Shown: positions 38,440 to 50,414 of the stretch, piece after piece
Layout: the number at the start of each line of letters is the position of its first letter
Position numbering within the stretch: position 1 is the stretch's first letter
Source: Macrostomum hystrix
Lineage: Eukaryota; Animalia; Platyhelminthes
Length of the DNA: 64,000 bases
Direction of reading: 5' to 3'
NCBI GenBank assembly: GCA_950097015.1
Contig: CATNEN010000001.1
Span: 4,464,001 to 4,528,000, forward strand
Position numbers and translations under genes: made by a program
Notes under the pieces: generated by a model
Told to the model about the DNA's origin: nothing
Seen by the model: the letters and a program-made list of their open reading frames with translations, nothing else
The model's database searches: none

Positions 38440-38730
38440 GATGGGACAGTTGAGGAAGAAGATGGGACAGTTGAGGAAGACGGGACAGTTGAGGAAGACG
38501 GGACAGTTGAGGAAGACGGGACAGTTGAGGAAGATGGGACAGTTGAGGAAGAAGATGAGACAGTTGAGGAAGAAGATGGGACAGTTGAGGAAGAAGATGG
38601 GACAGTTGAGGAAGAAGATGGGACAGTTGAGGAAGAAGATGGGACAGTTGAGGAAGAAGATGGGACAGTTGAGGAAGAAGATGGGACAGTTGAGGAAGAA
38701 GATGAGACAGTTGAGGAAGAAGATGGGAGA
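38440..38730. repeat. 21/18-bp minisatellite (GGGACAGTTGAGGAAGAAGAT)n filling a 365-nt intron
   Basis: Tandem array between the donor at 38420 and the acceptor at 38784. Confidence 0.92.
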
Positions 38731-38784
38731 AAATGGCATATCTCTAATGAGAGTAACAAAGCATTCGTCTGCAAAAAACCTTAG

Positions 38785-39327
38785 GTTGAGGAGCCGCCAG
38801 CTGAATCGTATCTGCCGGCTGTCCGTGAACGCCGCAAGCTGCTATCGATCGGCGAGGACGGCAGCACGGTCGTCACCGAATTGTCGGCAATCGCCGAACA
38901 GCCAACTCCAACATCGACGCCAAGTGCAGAGACGCTGGCGACGAATTCGGCTTCGTCGACAACGGCGGGCAGTCTGGACTCGTCTCAAACCGAATCCGAG
39001 ATTGAAATCGCTCTGCGACTAGCCCGGAGTTCACCATTCGCGTATGTACCGCCGGCTAGGCTGCAGGAGGCTCCGGCATCGGACTGTCGGGCGGCGTCGT
39101 CGGCGTCGGAGCGACGGCGACCGTCAGCAGGGCCGACCACTTCGCGGCCGAGTCTTCATCAGCCTCAACAGCAGCGGGATGTCAACTGGAGGCGGTGCGT
39201 CTCTGAGCTGCAAACCGCTTCTGATTCTCCTGGAACCACCGCTGCCTCCGCTGGTGCTTCAACATCCGGCGTTGATGGTGGCTCACGCGTGAAACGCTTG
39301 ATGGCCAAATTTGGCGACGGCAATTAG
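38785..39327 (+). CDS. Uncharacterised disordered protein, last coding exon
   Basis: ccttAG|GTT GAG GAG CCG..., in frame with ORF 38881..39327; ends GSRVKRLMAKFGDGN*. Joined CDS is 1629 nt (542 aa). Confidence 0.8.
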   Translation, partial: VEEPPAESYLPAVRERRKLLSIGEDGSTVVTELSAIAEQPTPTSTPSAETLATNSASSTTAGSLDSSQTESEIEIALRLARSSPFAYVPPARLQEAPASDCRAASSASERRRPSAGPTTSRPSLHQPQQQRDVNWRRCVSELQTASDSPGTTAASAGASTSGVDGGSRVKRLMAKFGDGN

Positions 39328-41920
39328 CTTCTAGAAGAAGACTGCATCGATTTTCAAGGGAACTAGCAACAACAGTGAAAAAAATTTTATACAAAGGTCG
39401 GGGGTTCGTATACCTGTTCTAGGGAAATTTACTTTTTATTTTCAAGGCAAACATCTTGCCAAACGAGGTCAGTTGTAATTAATTCCTTCTGTCTAAATTT
39501 TTTAAGTAAAAAAATTATAACTATAACTGGTTTCTAAGAAATTTGGCAAAATTGAACCGTTTTTTAAACAAAGTTTATCATATTTCATACGACGAGTAAT
39601 ATATAGTTTGCTTAATTGTACTTGTATTTTCCTGATAATTGAAAGATTTCTTTGGATAACTAAAATAATTATTACAGTCGAATATTGATTTTGGCGCCAT
39701 AATTTTTTATTTTGTTTTACTACGCCTGTACGCGTTTGTAAATCGTAAATTTCATTTTCTTTTAGATGACAAACTTGTATAAATATTCGTGGCTAATAAA
39801 CAGAAAAAAAGAATTGTTTTTTTATGGTAAACGTTTTGACGCTGCTGAAATTTTTGCATATTGTTTTTAATGTGCACTTCATCGAAACCTCATTCCCTCA
39901 AGTACTTATATTTTACGGTGCATTTTTCGATTTATTTTTTTAAAGTGGATTATAATATTATTTTTTAACGGTTATTCTTGTAATAAAAAGGTGACATAAC
40001 ACTGATCATTCCGGATTTTTTCAAAGAAAATAGAAATGTTACTATATGCGTTTTTAGTTCTACTATAAGTAGAGTAATTTAAAAGCTAAATGTCTCAGTA
40101 AAAATGACAATATAATAAAACGCTAAATTAATTTTCCGAGCGAACTTTCTACTCACGCATAAAACCCTATGAGTACCCGTACTCATGCTCACTAGCAAAC
40201 AGGAAGTGATCAATTTGTCATCTAAATAATGGCGAAAGATGAAAGAATCGATTTCCGGAGACCAAAAAGGCTTACAATATCCCAATCGTTTATCGAGAAT
40301 ATAGTTGCCGGTTTATAGCGAGCATATATTATAAACATATATTAATGTACATAGGCTTTAATAAAAATATAACTCTACCTTGTCTAGTTAGGCAAGGTGA
40401 AAATTCGCTCTAATTGCTTCACTTAAGATGCGAATCGAACTCGCGACCTTTCAAGCAGAAAGTTCTACCAGCTCTCTCTCCCTCTACAAGTGCAGATAGA
40501 TGAACAAACATAAAATTATATATTATAGATTTGTGTGAGAATAGCCACTGCTGCCTCAATTTATCCTTAAAGCTCTCTGCACTGACCAGACCCCCTAGTA
40601 GCTCCATGTACAGCGACTGGGTTAAATGGAATTTTCATTGATTTTGTCCTCTATTGGCCACTTTTTTGCCTCTTACTCTCTCACTGTCACTATCAGTGCT
40701 GTCTCGTGTGTAGATCGCTCTAAATATGCGATCTATATAATACAGCTGAGCAGTGAGACCAATGTTACTCCATCTGAGCAGCATATGCTCAAACAACTTC
40801 GGCAGCATTTTTATGTTTTCATGTACTCGTAGGTCGAGCATACCATGGCAACTGTGAATTACACTGGTGTAGTATAGAATCAGAAAATGATGCCAAGCAT
40901 ACGCTAGCAACTATCGCGAACTACGAGCTAGATAGAATTCGTGCAGGATTTTTACTAAGCGGAGAATACTCTAGAGCCAGAGGAACGAGAGAGTGTGTTG
41001 GTGAGGGGGGAGTGGATTCCTCAGTCCATGGCTGATGAGTTTTCTGATTTGGGCTGTAGAACAGGATTGGCTGGGATATTTTGATACCAACTCAGTAGCA
41101 ATGAAACATTCTTGGCAGATTCACTCTACTAAAGATTTCAACTAGCTCCCGTTCCTAAGCAGAACAGATTATGAGGTAGAGTACAAGTTTAAAAAAAAGT
41201 TTAAATTCTTAATTAAAGTGCAGTCAATATGAGTACGCATAATGGTCAGTGAATGTTTTACAATTCTTACTTAATGAGATATGATGATGACACAGAAACA
41301 GTTGCTATGTACGAGTATACTACCAAGCATGGAGACCATCTACGAGTATACGGGAATTGTAGTGTCTGTACGAGTACTGTAACTACTATACGAGTAGTTA
41401 TAAATCGTTAGAAGTAAGTGACTTGAAGTCGTGAAGTCGTCATACATCTATTTGCGATCTCATTCTCATTATTTATTCCCCTCTCACCCTGCATATATCT
41501 CCTTCTCACCATCCATCTATCTCTTTCTCACCCTCCATCTATCTCGTCCTCACCATCCAAGAACGGTTGTTTACGAGTTAATTCTCAGTTCCTAAATACC
41601 AAATCATTATCCAATTCTTTCCCATATTGATATCACAAATCAACTCTAAATATGCTCGTACTTACTTTTCACATTCCCCATCGCAGTTTCTAAATTTTCC
41701 TAGCAATCCTGATTTGCCAAAAATCTTATCATCCCACTGTTCTTTCGACCATAGTAATTATTTCCTATTCTTATGTTGAAGGCAAGAAAGTCAAGATAAT
41801 GAACCTAAGCTTGCCAATAGTATTTTTTTACATCGAATCGAAAATAAGAACCAATGTACTTTTATTCATAGGCTTTTTGCTAGTAATTGCGTTAGGTTTG
41901 TTCTGGTGTCCAGACAGAAC

Positions 41921-42987
41921 AGGGGACAGACCCTTCAAGGACAGACCCTTCAAGGACAGACACTCCAAGGACATACCCTTCAAGGACAGCCACTCAAAGG
42001 ACATACCCTTCAAGGACAGCCACTCAAAGGACAGACACTCCAAGGACAGACACTCCAAGTACAGACACTCCAAGGACAGACACTTCAAGGACAGACACTC
42101 CAAGTACAGACACTCCAAGGACAGACACTTCAAGGACAGACACTTCAAGGACAGACACTCCAAGGACATACCCTTCAAGGACAGACACTCAAAGGACAGA
42201 CACTCCAAGGACAGACACTCCAAGGACAGACACTTCTAGGACAGACACTTCAAGGACAGCCACTCAAAGGACAGACACTCCAAGCACAGACACTCCAAGG
42301 ACAGACACTCCAAGGACGGACACTCCAAGGACAGACACTCCAAGGACAGACACTCCAAGGACAGACACTCCAAGGACAGACACTCCAAGGACAGACACTC
42401 CAAGGACAGACACTCCAAGGACAGACACTCCAAGGACGGACACTCCAAGGACAGACACTTCAAGGACAGACACTTCAAGGACAGACACTTCAAGGACAGA
42501 CACTCAAAGGACAGACACTCCAAGGACAGACACTCCAAGGACAGACACTTCAAGGACAGACACTTCAAGGACAGACACTTCAAGGACAGACACTCAAAGG
42601 ACAGACACTCCAAGGACAGACACTCCAAGGACAGACACTCAAAGGACAGACACTTCAAGGACAGACACTCCAAGGACAGACACTCAAAGGACAGACACTC
42701 CAAGGACAGACACTCCAAGGACAGACACTCAAAGGACAGACACTTCAAGGACAGACACTCAAAGGACAGACACTCAAAGGACAGACACTCAAAGGACAGA
42801 CACTCCAAGGACAGACACTTCAAGGACAGACACTTCAAGGACAGACACTCAAAGGACAGACACTCCAAGGACAGACACTCCAAGGACAGACACTCCAAGG
42901 ACAGACACTTCAAGGACAGACACTCAAAGGACAGACACTCCAAGGACAGACACTCAAAGGAGAGACACTCCAAGGACGGACACTCTA
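41921..42987. repeat. 15-bp minisatellite (CAAGGACAGACACTC)n
   Basis: Exact 15-bp register. Confidence 0.97.
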
Positions 42988-43836
42988 AAAAAGAACGAAT
43001 AAAGTGCAGATGTACTTTAAACAGTGGCACAATAAGTTCAGATCAATCAAGGCTAGTAGGGACAATATTGTTCTTAACTAAGTTAGTCGTATTTTTCTCA
43101 CAAATCTCTCAAAGTTAAGCTGAAAATATTAGATCTGAAGCTCTATTCCCTGACAAACAAAATCCCCTTTCAAAGACTCAATCAATTTCAACAAGCGGCA
43201 ATAAACCATCAAGGATTTGCTGAAATCTTTCTTTCACAGAAGCGTATAAGATTGATGCTCGAAATTTGAGATCGGAATCGAGTTCTTTGACGCCGCTATT
43301 CCTGAATGTGAAAGTTCTCAAATGTTAAGATTTAGAAATCTTGATAGATACATTTTTCTACATCTTCAATAAACACGAGGAATTGAGAAGAGAGATAAAT
43401 TTGAGAAATCTAGAGATGAACACGAAGGCTGTAAATGAATTTACAAGCAATCTAAAAGCTATTCCCGCCTAAATATACACGGATAGATTTTATAGATGCC
43501 TATGCCTGCGCATACATTTATTTACAGACATTTCAGACTCAAAGTCTTCCTATAGTTAGTTTTTTTCCAATTCGGGATTAAGCTGCCAGTGGGAGGGTTA
43601 TATACGTAGGGTTAGTGCTAGAGGATTCCTAGGAGGAAGATTCTAGCCGATGAAGAGGCTCTCACAATGTGTTGACATTGTGCCAAAATGTTCGCCCAAT
43701 TTTCTTGCCTAAATCAAGTCCTGCTCAATTCCATTAGAGAGTAAATTGAAGGCTGCTTGGCTATTGTGTTTGAGGTTAAGCGCAAACCTATAGACTTTCA
43801 CCAAATCAACTATCCTTTTCGTTGATAGCTTTAGAG

Positions 43837-44879
43837 CAGGGGTCGGCAAACTCCGGCCCGCGGGCCAGATGCGGCCCTCGAAGCTCCCAAATCCGGCCCG
43901 TTGCCCCTTCTGACATCTACAGTGTCCTGTTTCATCTCTCTCGTGACTTATCTCTCCCGTGTCTCATCTCTCCCGTGTCTCATCTCTGCCGTGTCTCATC
44001 TCTCCCGTGTCTCATCTCTCCCGTGTCTCATCTCTCCCGTGTCTCATCTCTCCCGTGTCTCATCTCTCCCGTGTCTCATCTCTCCCGTGTCTCATCTCTC
44101 CCGTGTCTCATCTCTCCCGTGTCTCATCTCTCCCGTGTCTAATCTCTCCCGTGTCTCATCTCTCCCGTGTCTCATCTCTCCCGTGTCTCATCTCTCCCGT
44201 GTCTCATCTCTCCCGTGTCTCATCTCTCCCGTGTCTCATCTCTCCCGTGTCTCATCTCTCCCGTGTCTCATCTCTCCCGTGTCTCATCTCTCCCGTGTCT
44301 CATCTCTCTCGTGCCCCATCTTTCCTGTGTCTCATCTCTCCGGTGTCTAATCTCTCCCGTGTCTCATCTCTCCCGTGTCTAATCTCTCCCCTGTCTTATC
44401 TCTCCCGTGTCTCATCTCTCTCGTGCCCCATCTTTCCTGTGTCTAATCTCTCCGGTGTCTAATCTCTCCCGCGTCTAATCTCTCCCGTGTCTCATCTCTC
44501 CCGTGTCTAATCTCTCCCCTGTCTTATCTCTCCCGTGTCTCATCTCTCTCGTGCCCCATCTTTCCTGTGTCTCATCTCTCCGGTGTCTAATCTCTCCCGC
44601 GTCTAATCTCTCCCGTGTCTAATCTGTCCCGTGTCTAATCTCTCCCGTGTCTTATCACTCCCGTGTCTCATCTCTCTCGTGTCCCATCTTTCCTGTGTCT
44701 TATCTCTCCCGTGTCTAATCTCTCCCGTGTCTCATCTCTCCCGTGTCTAATCTCTCCCGTGTCTCATCTCTCCCGTGTTTCATCTCTCCCCTATCTCATA
44801 TTTATACAGTCAATGCGGCCCGCTGTCGTCTTTTAGGTTCTCTCTTTGGCCCGCCAGCAAATAAGATTGCCTACCCCTG
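43837..44879. mobile_element. hAT (Charlie/Buster-like) MITE containing a 16-bp satellite
   Basis: TIRs CAGGGGTCGGCAAAC / GATTGCCTACCCCTG (13/15). 8-bp TSD CTTTAGAG (43829-36) / CTTTAGAA (44880-87). Subterminal GGCCCG motifs; interior 43930-44790 is (CTCATCTCTCCCGTGT)n. Confidence 0.92.
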
Positions 44880-46024
44880 CTTTAGAATGATAGATAGATC
44901 CCAGTGTATGGGGATGCTTTTCTGTTGAGCGTATACAACATTTTTTTAATTTCTGTAAGGTTGGATTGGCTGACAGCTTATGACTAAAATACTAGTAGGT
45001 TCAGCTATCGCCCTTTCGCCGTTGGATCACTCGCCGACGCGAAAGTCGACCAATCAGGCGCTTCTAAGTGCATTTTCGGGCAATCCCTAACTGGAGTATC
45101 AGATAAAATCCCTGAGAGAGGGACTCGAGGAGCAGCTATGCAATGACAAGCAATTCAATAAGCTAGCTAATCATTGATGATCATCATTGAAGCATTTCAT
45201 TCAGTTCACGACTGAATTTTATAAGCACAATTTCACTCGAGCAGCTCGTTAACAGTCGATTGTTAACACTCCTAATAGCAAAGGTAAGCTATTTGCAATA
45301 ATATGTACTTCTATAGTTCTTCTATAAGTAGGATTCGAGCATAACGATTAAAATGGTGACAGCTGATAGTTATAGGTCCAACCCTATGCCAAGATGAACT
45401 CTATACTTCTCATTCTGTGTGTGTGTGTGCGTGTGCGTGTGTGTGCACGTGTCATTTTTGCACACTCATCACCATTGTGACTAAATTATTTAATGACTTA
45501 TGCTTAGCACCACGCATCCATCTGTCACTCTCCGCGCGTCCCTATGGTTGAAATACTAATTCGATTCTGGCCAGCGATACTGGGAGTGTACAGGACCCGC
45601 CTCGGGAACAGAACAGTACACACAGACAGTCGAACAGAGCAGTGAGAACAACTGAATGTGATTATAATTACTGGGCTTCGACCATTTCGACAGAACCAAC
45701 GCAGCTCGCACGGCTAGGCCAATTGTGTCCAGTATCACTAAAACTTTTTCTAATTTGTGCCAATTTATCTCGAGCCTGGTAATTATTCTCATTTTTATCT
45801 AATCTGGAGCTAGAAGCAAATGTTCTATAACATTTAGCGCCTTCGAAATTGATACATAACTTAAGATTTTTGCACTTTTTTCCCGAGCAGTAAAAGCTTA
45901 ATTTTCTGCATTGCTAAATCGAATTAGCAGTTTTGTCTGCAAAATAGATTCAAATTGATTTTTTGGTCGGCAAATTTGATTTAAGATTAATGCCTGCTTT
46001 GAACAAATCGAGAATAGACAATTC

Positions 46025-46420
46025 AGTGTACACTCTCTAGCCCAGGGATGTACATCTACCCGACTTTCTCATCGTCCATTCAATGTACACTCTACTATAG
46101 CTATGTACATCTACCCTCACTTTCTTATCCTCAATTCAATGTACACTCTACTATAGCTATGTATATATATACTCTGACTTTCTCATCGTCAAGATATTGT
46201 ACACTCTACTATAGCTATGTACATCTACCCTGACTTTCTCATCGTCAAGATATTGTACACTCTACTATAGCTATGTACATCTACCCTGACTTTCTCATCG
46301 TCCATTCAATGTACACTCTACTATAGCTATGTACATCTACCCTGACTTTCTCATCGTCAAGATATTGTACACTCTAGTACGTGGGTGGCCATCTGGTCTG
46401 ACATTCTCATTATTAAGCAA
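46025..46420. repeat. 56-bp minisatellite derived from the internal hairpin of SINE family A
   Basis: Unit GTACATCTACCCTGACTTTCTCATCGTCAAGATATTGTACACTCT... vs SINE A GTACATCTGCCCTGACTTTCTCATCGTCAGGCAGTGTACACTCT; about 6 copies. Confidence 0.88.
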
Positions 46421-46849
46421 GTGCACTATCATTAGTTTACAAAATCAGATTACTTAGTATATTATTATATTATAATATAAATATTTAACCTAAACCTACA
46501 GTTGAGAAACTCTACTCCAAAAATACTTTGCCACAATTTCCCGTGCTAATAGTGTTATATAAGACTGGAAATTCGCTAAAACAGAAGCGGATTATAAAAG
46601 TGTCCCTGGCTAAGTTCCCTAGTGCTAAGTGGGTTGCCCTGTTTAAACACATTCACACACACACATGCACTGATGCACGCCAGTAGATAAGTGTTGGATT
46701 GAGGATCTGACTGCCTTTGCTAACCAAATTCACGCACAATGGAAGCACAGTTCTGCAGTTGGGGACAAGTTTAAAACCCTTTTTTGCCCACTTAGGTATA
46801 GGCGTTCGCATTTTTCTGTAGTGTGTCGCGTTTGCAGTTTTTTTAATTT

Positions 46850-46972
46850 GCAGCTATTGCACGGCGCATCTGAAGGCTGCGTACAGCTGTTCAGTCCATG
46901 GACTGGGGGGACGCCACAGCCACCCTCATTTATCCCAGTTAATGCTGGTACCCATTTAACAGCTGGGTGAAT
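46850..46972 (-). mobile_element. SINE family B internal fragment
   Basis: Matches 47762-47883. Confidence 0.88.
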
Positions 46973-46994
46973 TTTAGTTCGCTTGTCTAGGGAG

Positions 46995-47135
46995 TGGGAG
47001 GGAGATAGATGGAGGGTGAGAGGGAGCTAGATGGAGGGTGAGAGGGAGATAGATGGATGGTGAGAGGGAGATAGATGGAGGGTGAGAGAGATAGATGGAG
47101 GGTGGGAGGGAGATAGATGGAGGGTGCGAGGGAGA
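46995..47135. repeat. 22-bp minisatellite (GAGAGGGAGATAGATGGAGGGT)n
   Basis: About 6 units; a related reverse-complement array lies at ~41490-41558. Confidence 0.85.
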
Positions 47136-47256
47136 AGGAGGAAGACGTTAGAAAGATGACTGCGATTAAATTTTCTTGCAGCTTAATTTTTTAGTTTTGA
47201 GTTTTGAGCTTTTATCAGAAAAATTCAAACCTGAGTACATTACCACCTGTGTCCAT

Positions 47257-47293
<37 letters not shown>
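47257..47293. repeat. (CAG)n microsatellite
   Basis: About 12 perfect units, with no supporting ORF. Confidence 0.9.
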
Positions 47294-47295
<2 letters not shown>

Positions 47296-47700
47296 ACCTC
47301 AAGCAAGCAGCGGTTTATCATGGGTTTTAAGTATTTTTAGCTGTCGTAAATTATTAATAGATGTACTGGGGTAATTCCTGAACGTTGCCTCATTTCCTAG
47401 GTGTTTCACTCCTTCTAAAAGAAGATTTATAGCTGACTAAATAAATGCTCAATCACTCAGGCAACTGCTTAGAGTGCGACGGCGGCGTGGGACCGACCAG
47501 GGGAACCAGAACCAGATAAAGTTATTGCATCCAAGCAATTGCCTGTAATAACATTTTGTTATACTGTCGGATAGTTTTCGAAATAATATTTTCCGTCCCA
47601 ATCATTGTTAGAAACTTCGATAAAAATTGATAATGCACCTGAGTTTTTCTATGAAAGCTTTTTAAGCAAGCAAGCCACTGGTAATATATAACCAGTAATT

Positions 47701-48003
47701 TATAATAATAATTGATTACACCTGCCCCAATTGGGTCAGGTGTGCAGCCGACAGCACAGCCGCAGCTAATGCGCGGCGCATCTGAAGGCTGCGTACAGCT
47801 GTTCAGTCCATGGACTGGGGGGACGCCACACCCACCTTCAACTATCCCAGCTGATGCTGGTACCCATTTAACAGCTGGGTGAACTGAAGCAATGCAGAGT
47901 TAAGTGTCTTGCTAAAGGACACAAATTGTTCCAGTGGAGTCGGGGATCGAACCCCCGACCTTTAAGTCGTGAGTCCGACTCTCTAACCACTAGGCTACAA
48001 CCT
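47701..48003 (-). mobile_element. SINE family B, full-length tRNA-derived copy with a CORE/Meta-like central domain
   Basis: Head GGTTGTAGCCTAGTGG (A box)...GGTTCGATCCC (B box). Body GTGTCCTTTAGCAAGACACTTAACTCTGCATTGC...CACCCAGCTGTTAAATGGGTACC. 3' hairpin ACACCTG.CCCAATTGGG.CAGGTGT and (ATT)n tail. Confidence 0.92.
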
Positions 48004-48604
48004 CTTTCAGTAGGATGGACATAAAACCACATTCTTTAATCTTTTAAAGCTTTCGGAATAATCTCTCTATTCTTCTAGATAGTTTAGGAAATAAATTTTA
48101 TCAAGAAACTTCTACATTAGAAAAAATAACATCCGTGGAACACCCGCTTCAATTGGACACTTTCTGAAGCTGAGAAAGTTAAGGCCAGATGTACACCCCC
48201 CCTACACGCCATTGTAGCTTATGTTGTTAGTATTCAAGGTAAAGCATTTTGTTAAAATCATTTTCTTAGAATTTTGTGCTTCTTCTTAAACCCAAAAGCA
48301 ACTTTGCACTTTTAGTACGCTTTTTACTAATCCATTCTTTGCCCAGTTTTTTTATTTGAAACAGGAAAATAATGTGTCAATCAAGGCAAGCTGCCAATGG
48401 TTCAGGCTAGTCACGTTAGCCAGCACACTTTAGAGTTTCGGAAGAATTTCTGGAAACAGCGTTCAAAGCATTTTAGTGCTAAACTATCTGGAATGCTAAT
48501 AATTCTATCTAGAAAGGATTGTCGATTTATTTCGAATCTGTCAACTTTTACCTGTCAGCTTGATTAAAAAAAACTTTTAAGGATTCTTAGGGAAATATAA
48601 ATTA

Positions 48605-49160
48605 GGGATCAGGGGAGAAGGGATCAGGGGAGAAGGGATCAGGGGAGAAGGGATCAAGGGAGAAGGGATCACGGGAGAAGGGATCAGGGGAGAAGGGATC
48701 AAGGGAGAAGGGATCAAGGGAGAAGGGATCAAGGGAGAAGGGATCAGGGGAGAAGGGATCAGGGAAAAGGGATCAGGGAAAAGAGATCAAGGGAGATGGG
48801 ATCAAGGGAGAAGGGATCAGGGGAGAAGGGATCAGGGGGAGAAGGGATCAATGGAGAAGGGATCAGGGGAGAAGGGATCAAGGGAGAAGGGATCAAGGGA
48901 GAAGGGATCAGGGGAGAAGGGATCAGGGAAAAGGGATCAGGGAAAAGGGATCAAGGGAGAAGGGATCAAGGAAGAAGGGATCAAGGGAGAAGGGATCAGG
49001 GGAGAAGGGATCAGGGGAGAAGGGATCAAGGGAGAAGGGATCAAGGGAGAAGGGATCAGGGGAGAAGGGATCAGGGAAAAGGGATCAGGGAAAAGGGATC
49101 AAGGGAGAAGGGATCAAGGAAGAAGGGATCAAGGGAGAAGGGATCAGGGGAGAAGGGATC
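48605..49160. repeat. 15-bp G-rich minisatellite (GGGATCAGGGGAGAA)n
   Basis: Tandem array with occasional 14-bp units. Confidence 0.95.
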
Positions 49161-49859
49161 ATGGCGGAACGCTTTAATAAGGGCTTTAAAACGCAAAAAA
49201 TTAGAATATTTTCTGCTCTAAACTATACATTGTTGAAGAAAATGCATTATCGAATCTTACGTAGGCAAAGGAATTCATCTGTTTTTCTTTATCTTAGACC
49301 ATTCGGTCAGGAAATCCTCAGCTGCTGCTGCTGCTGCTGCTGGAAAGTGTAAGACTGCAAAATTGGTTCCGCGAGGTACAGCGGCAGGCAGAGTGGAGTG
49401 GAATTTTCATAGCCCTTTCGCTGTCCAGATTATGGCAGATTCTGCACGATGTCTGCTGTACAGGCACACGGTGAAGCCAGATGCCCGTATGTAGATGGGG
49501 TTCAAGTTCGACTAATCAATTGGGCCATTTTTCTTCAACAGCCTCTCAGTGTTCGCGTCTGTCCTTCGCTTTTTCCTTCCTGGCCGGCCAAATAATTTTC
49601 AGCTTTCTTTACAAGATTTTAAACAACTGCACAGCTATTTTAAATCGGGAATGAAAGAATGTGAAGAATGTAGTTATAAGATTCAGAAATTAAAGATAAT
49701 AATGTAATGCAATGTTGATTAAAAAAATAGACTTATGGGAAAAAAGTAGATAAACGGATACTGCAGAGAGGAGAGGTATATGGAAGATGGAGAAGGAGAG
49801 TTAGATAGATTGATAGATGACAGAAGATAGAGGGGTAGAAAAAGAGCTAGATACAGAGG

Positions 49860-49924
49860 TAGATAGATAAATAGATAGATAGATAGATAGACAGATAGAT
49901 AGATAGATAGATAGATAGACAGAC

Positions 49925-49966
<42 letters not shown>

Positions 49967-49987
49967 GTAGATAGATAGATAGATAGG

Positions 49988-50023
<36 letters not shown>

Positions 50024-50030
50024 CAGATAG
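49860..50030. repeat. (GATA)n microsatellite
   Basis: Directly visible tandem tetramer. Confidence 0.95.
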
Positions 50031-50414
50031 GCAGGTTAGAAGGCATGACCATTATTCAAATAAAATGAGTAAGCTGTGAGTCCAGACAGTTAGACCATGT
50101 AAGTTAGGGTTGCAGAACAGTAATGAAAGGTGTCAATTGTCAGAGACTTAAGGTAGTTAGGCCTACTAGAGGTAATTACTAGTGGTACAGCTTTCGTGTC
50201 ATTGTAATGCCAATTACTGGGGCTGCTAGCATAACACTTCTCATGAATCCAAAATAAAATAGGACTTTTGTGACAGTCTGAGAGTCAGAAATTGTGACAA
50301 CTTTTAAGAAAAAGAAGTTCCATTGTAGGACTCGGAAATCCTATTTTCCGACTTAAAAATTTCATATTATCCAAAGAAATATCTTGTGGTTGGATTTTTA
50401 TAATTCTATCTTCT

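Noticed and set aside
47935-48003. tRNA gene (also 4755-4824)
   Set aside because: The cloverleaf is incomplete and is followed by a repeated body and tail, so these are SINE heads.
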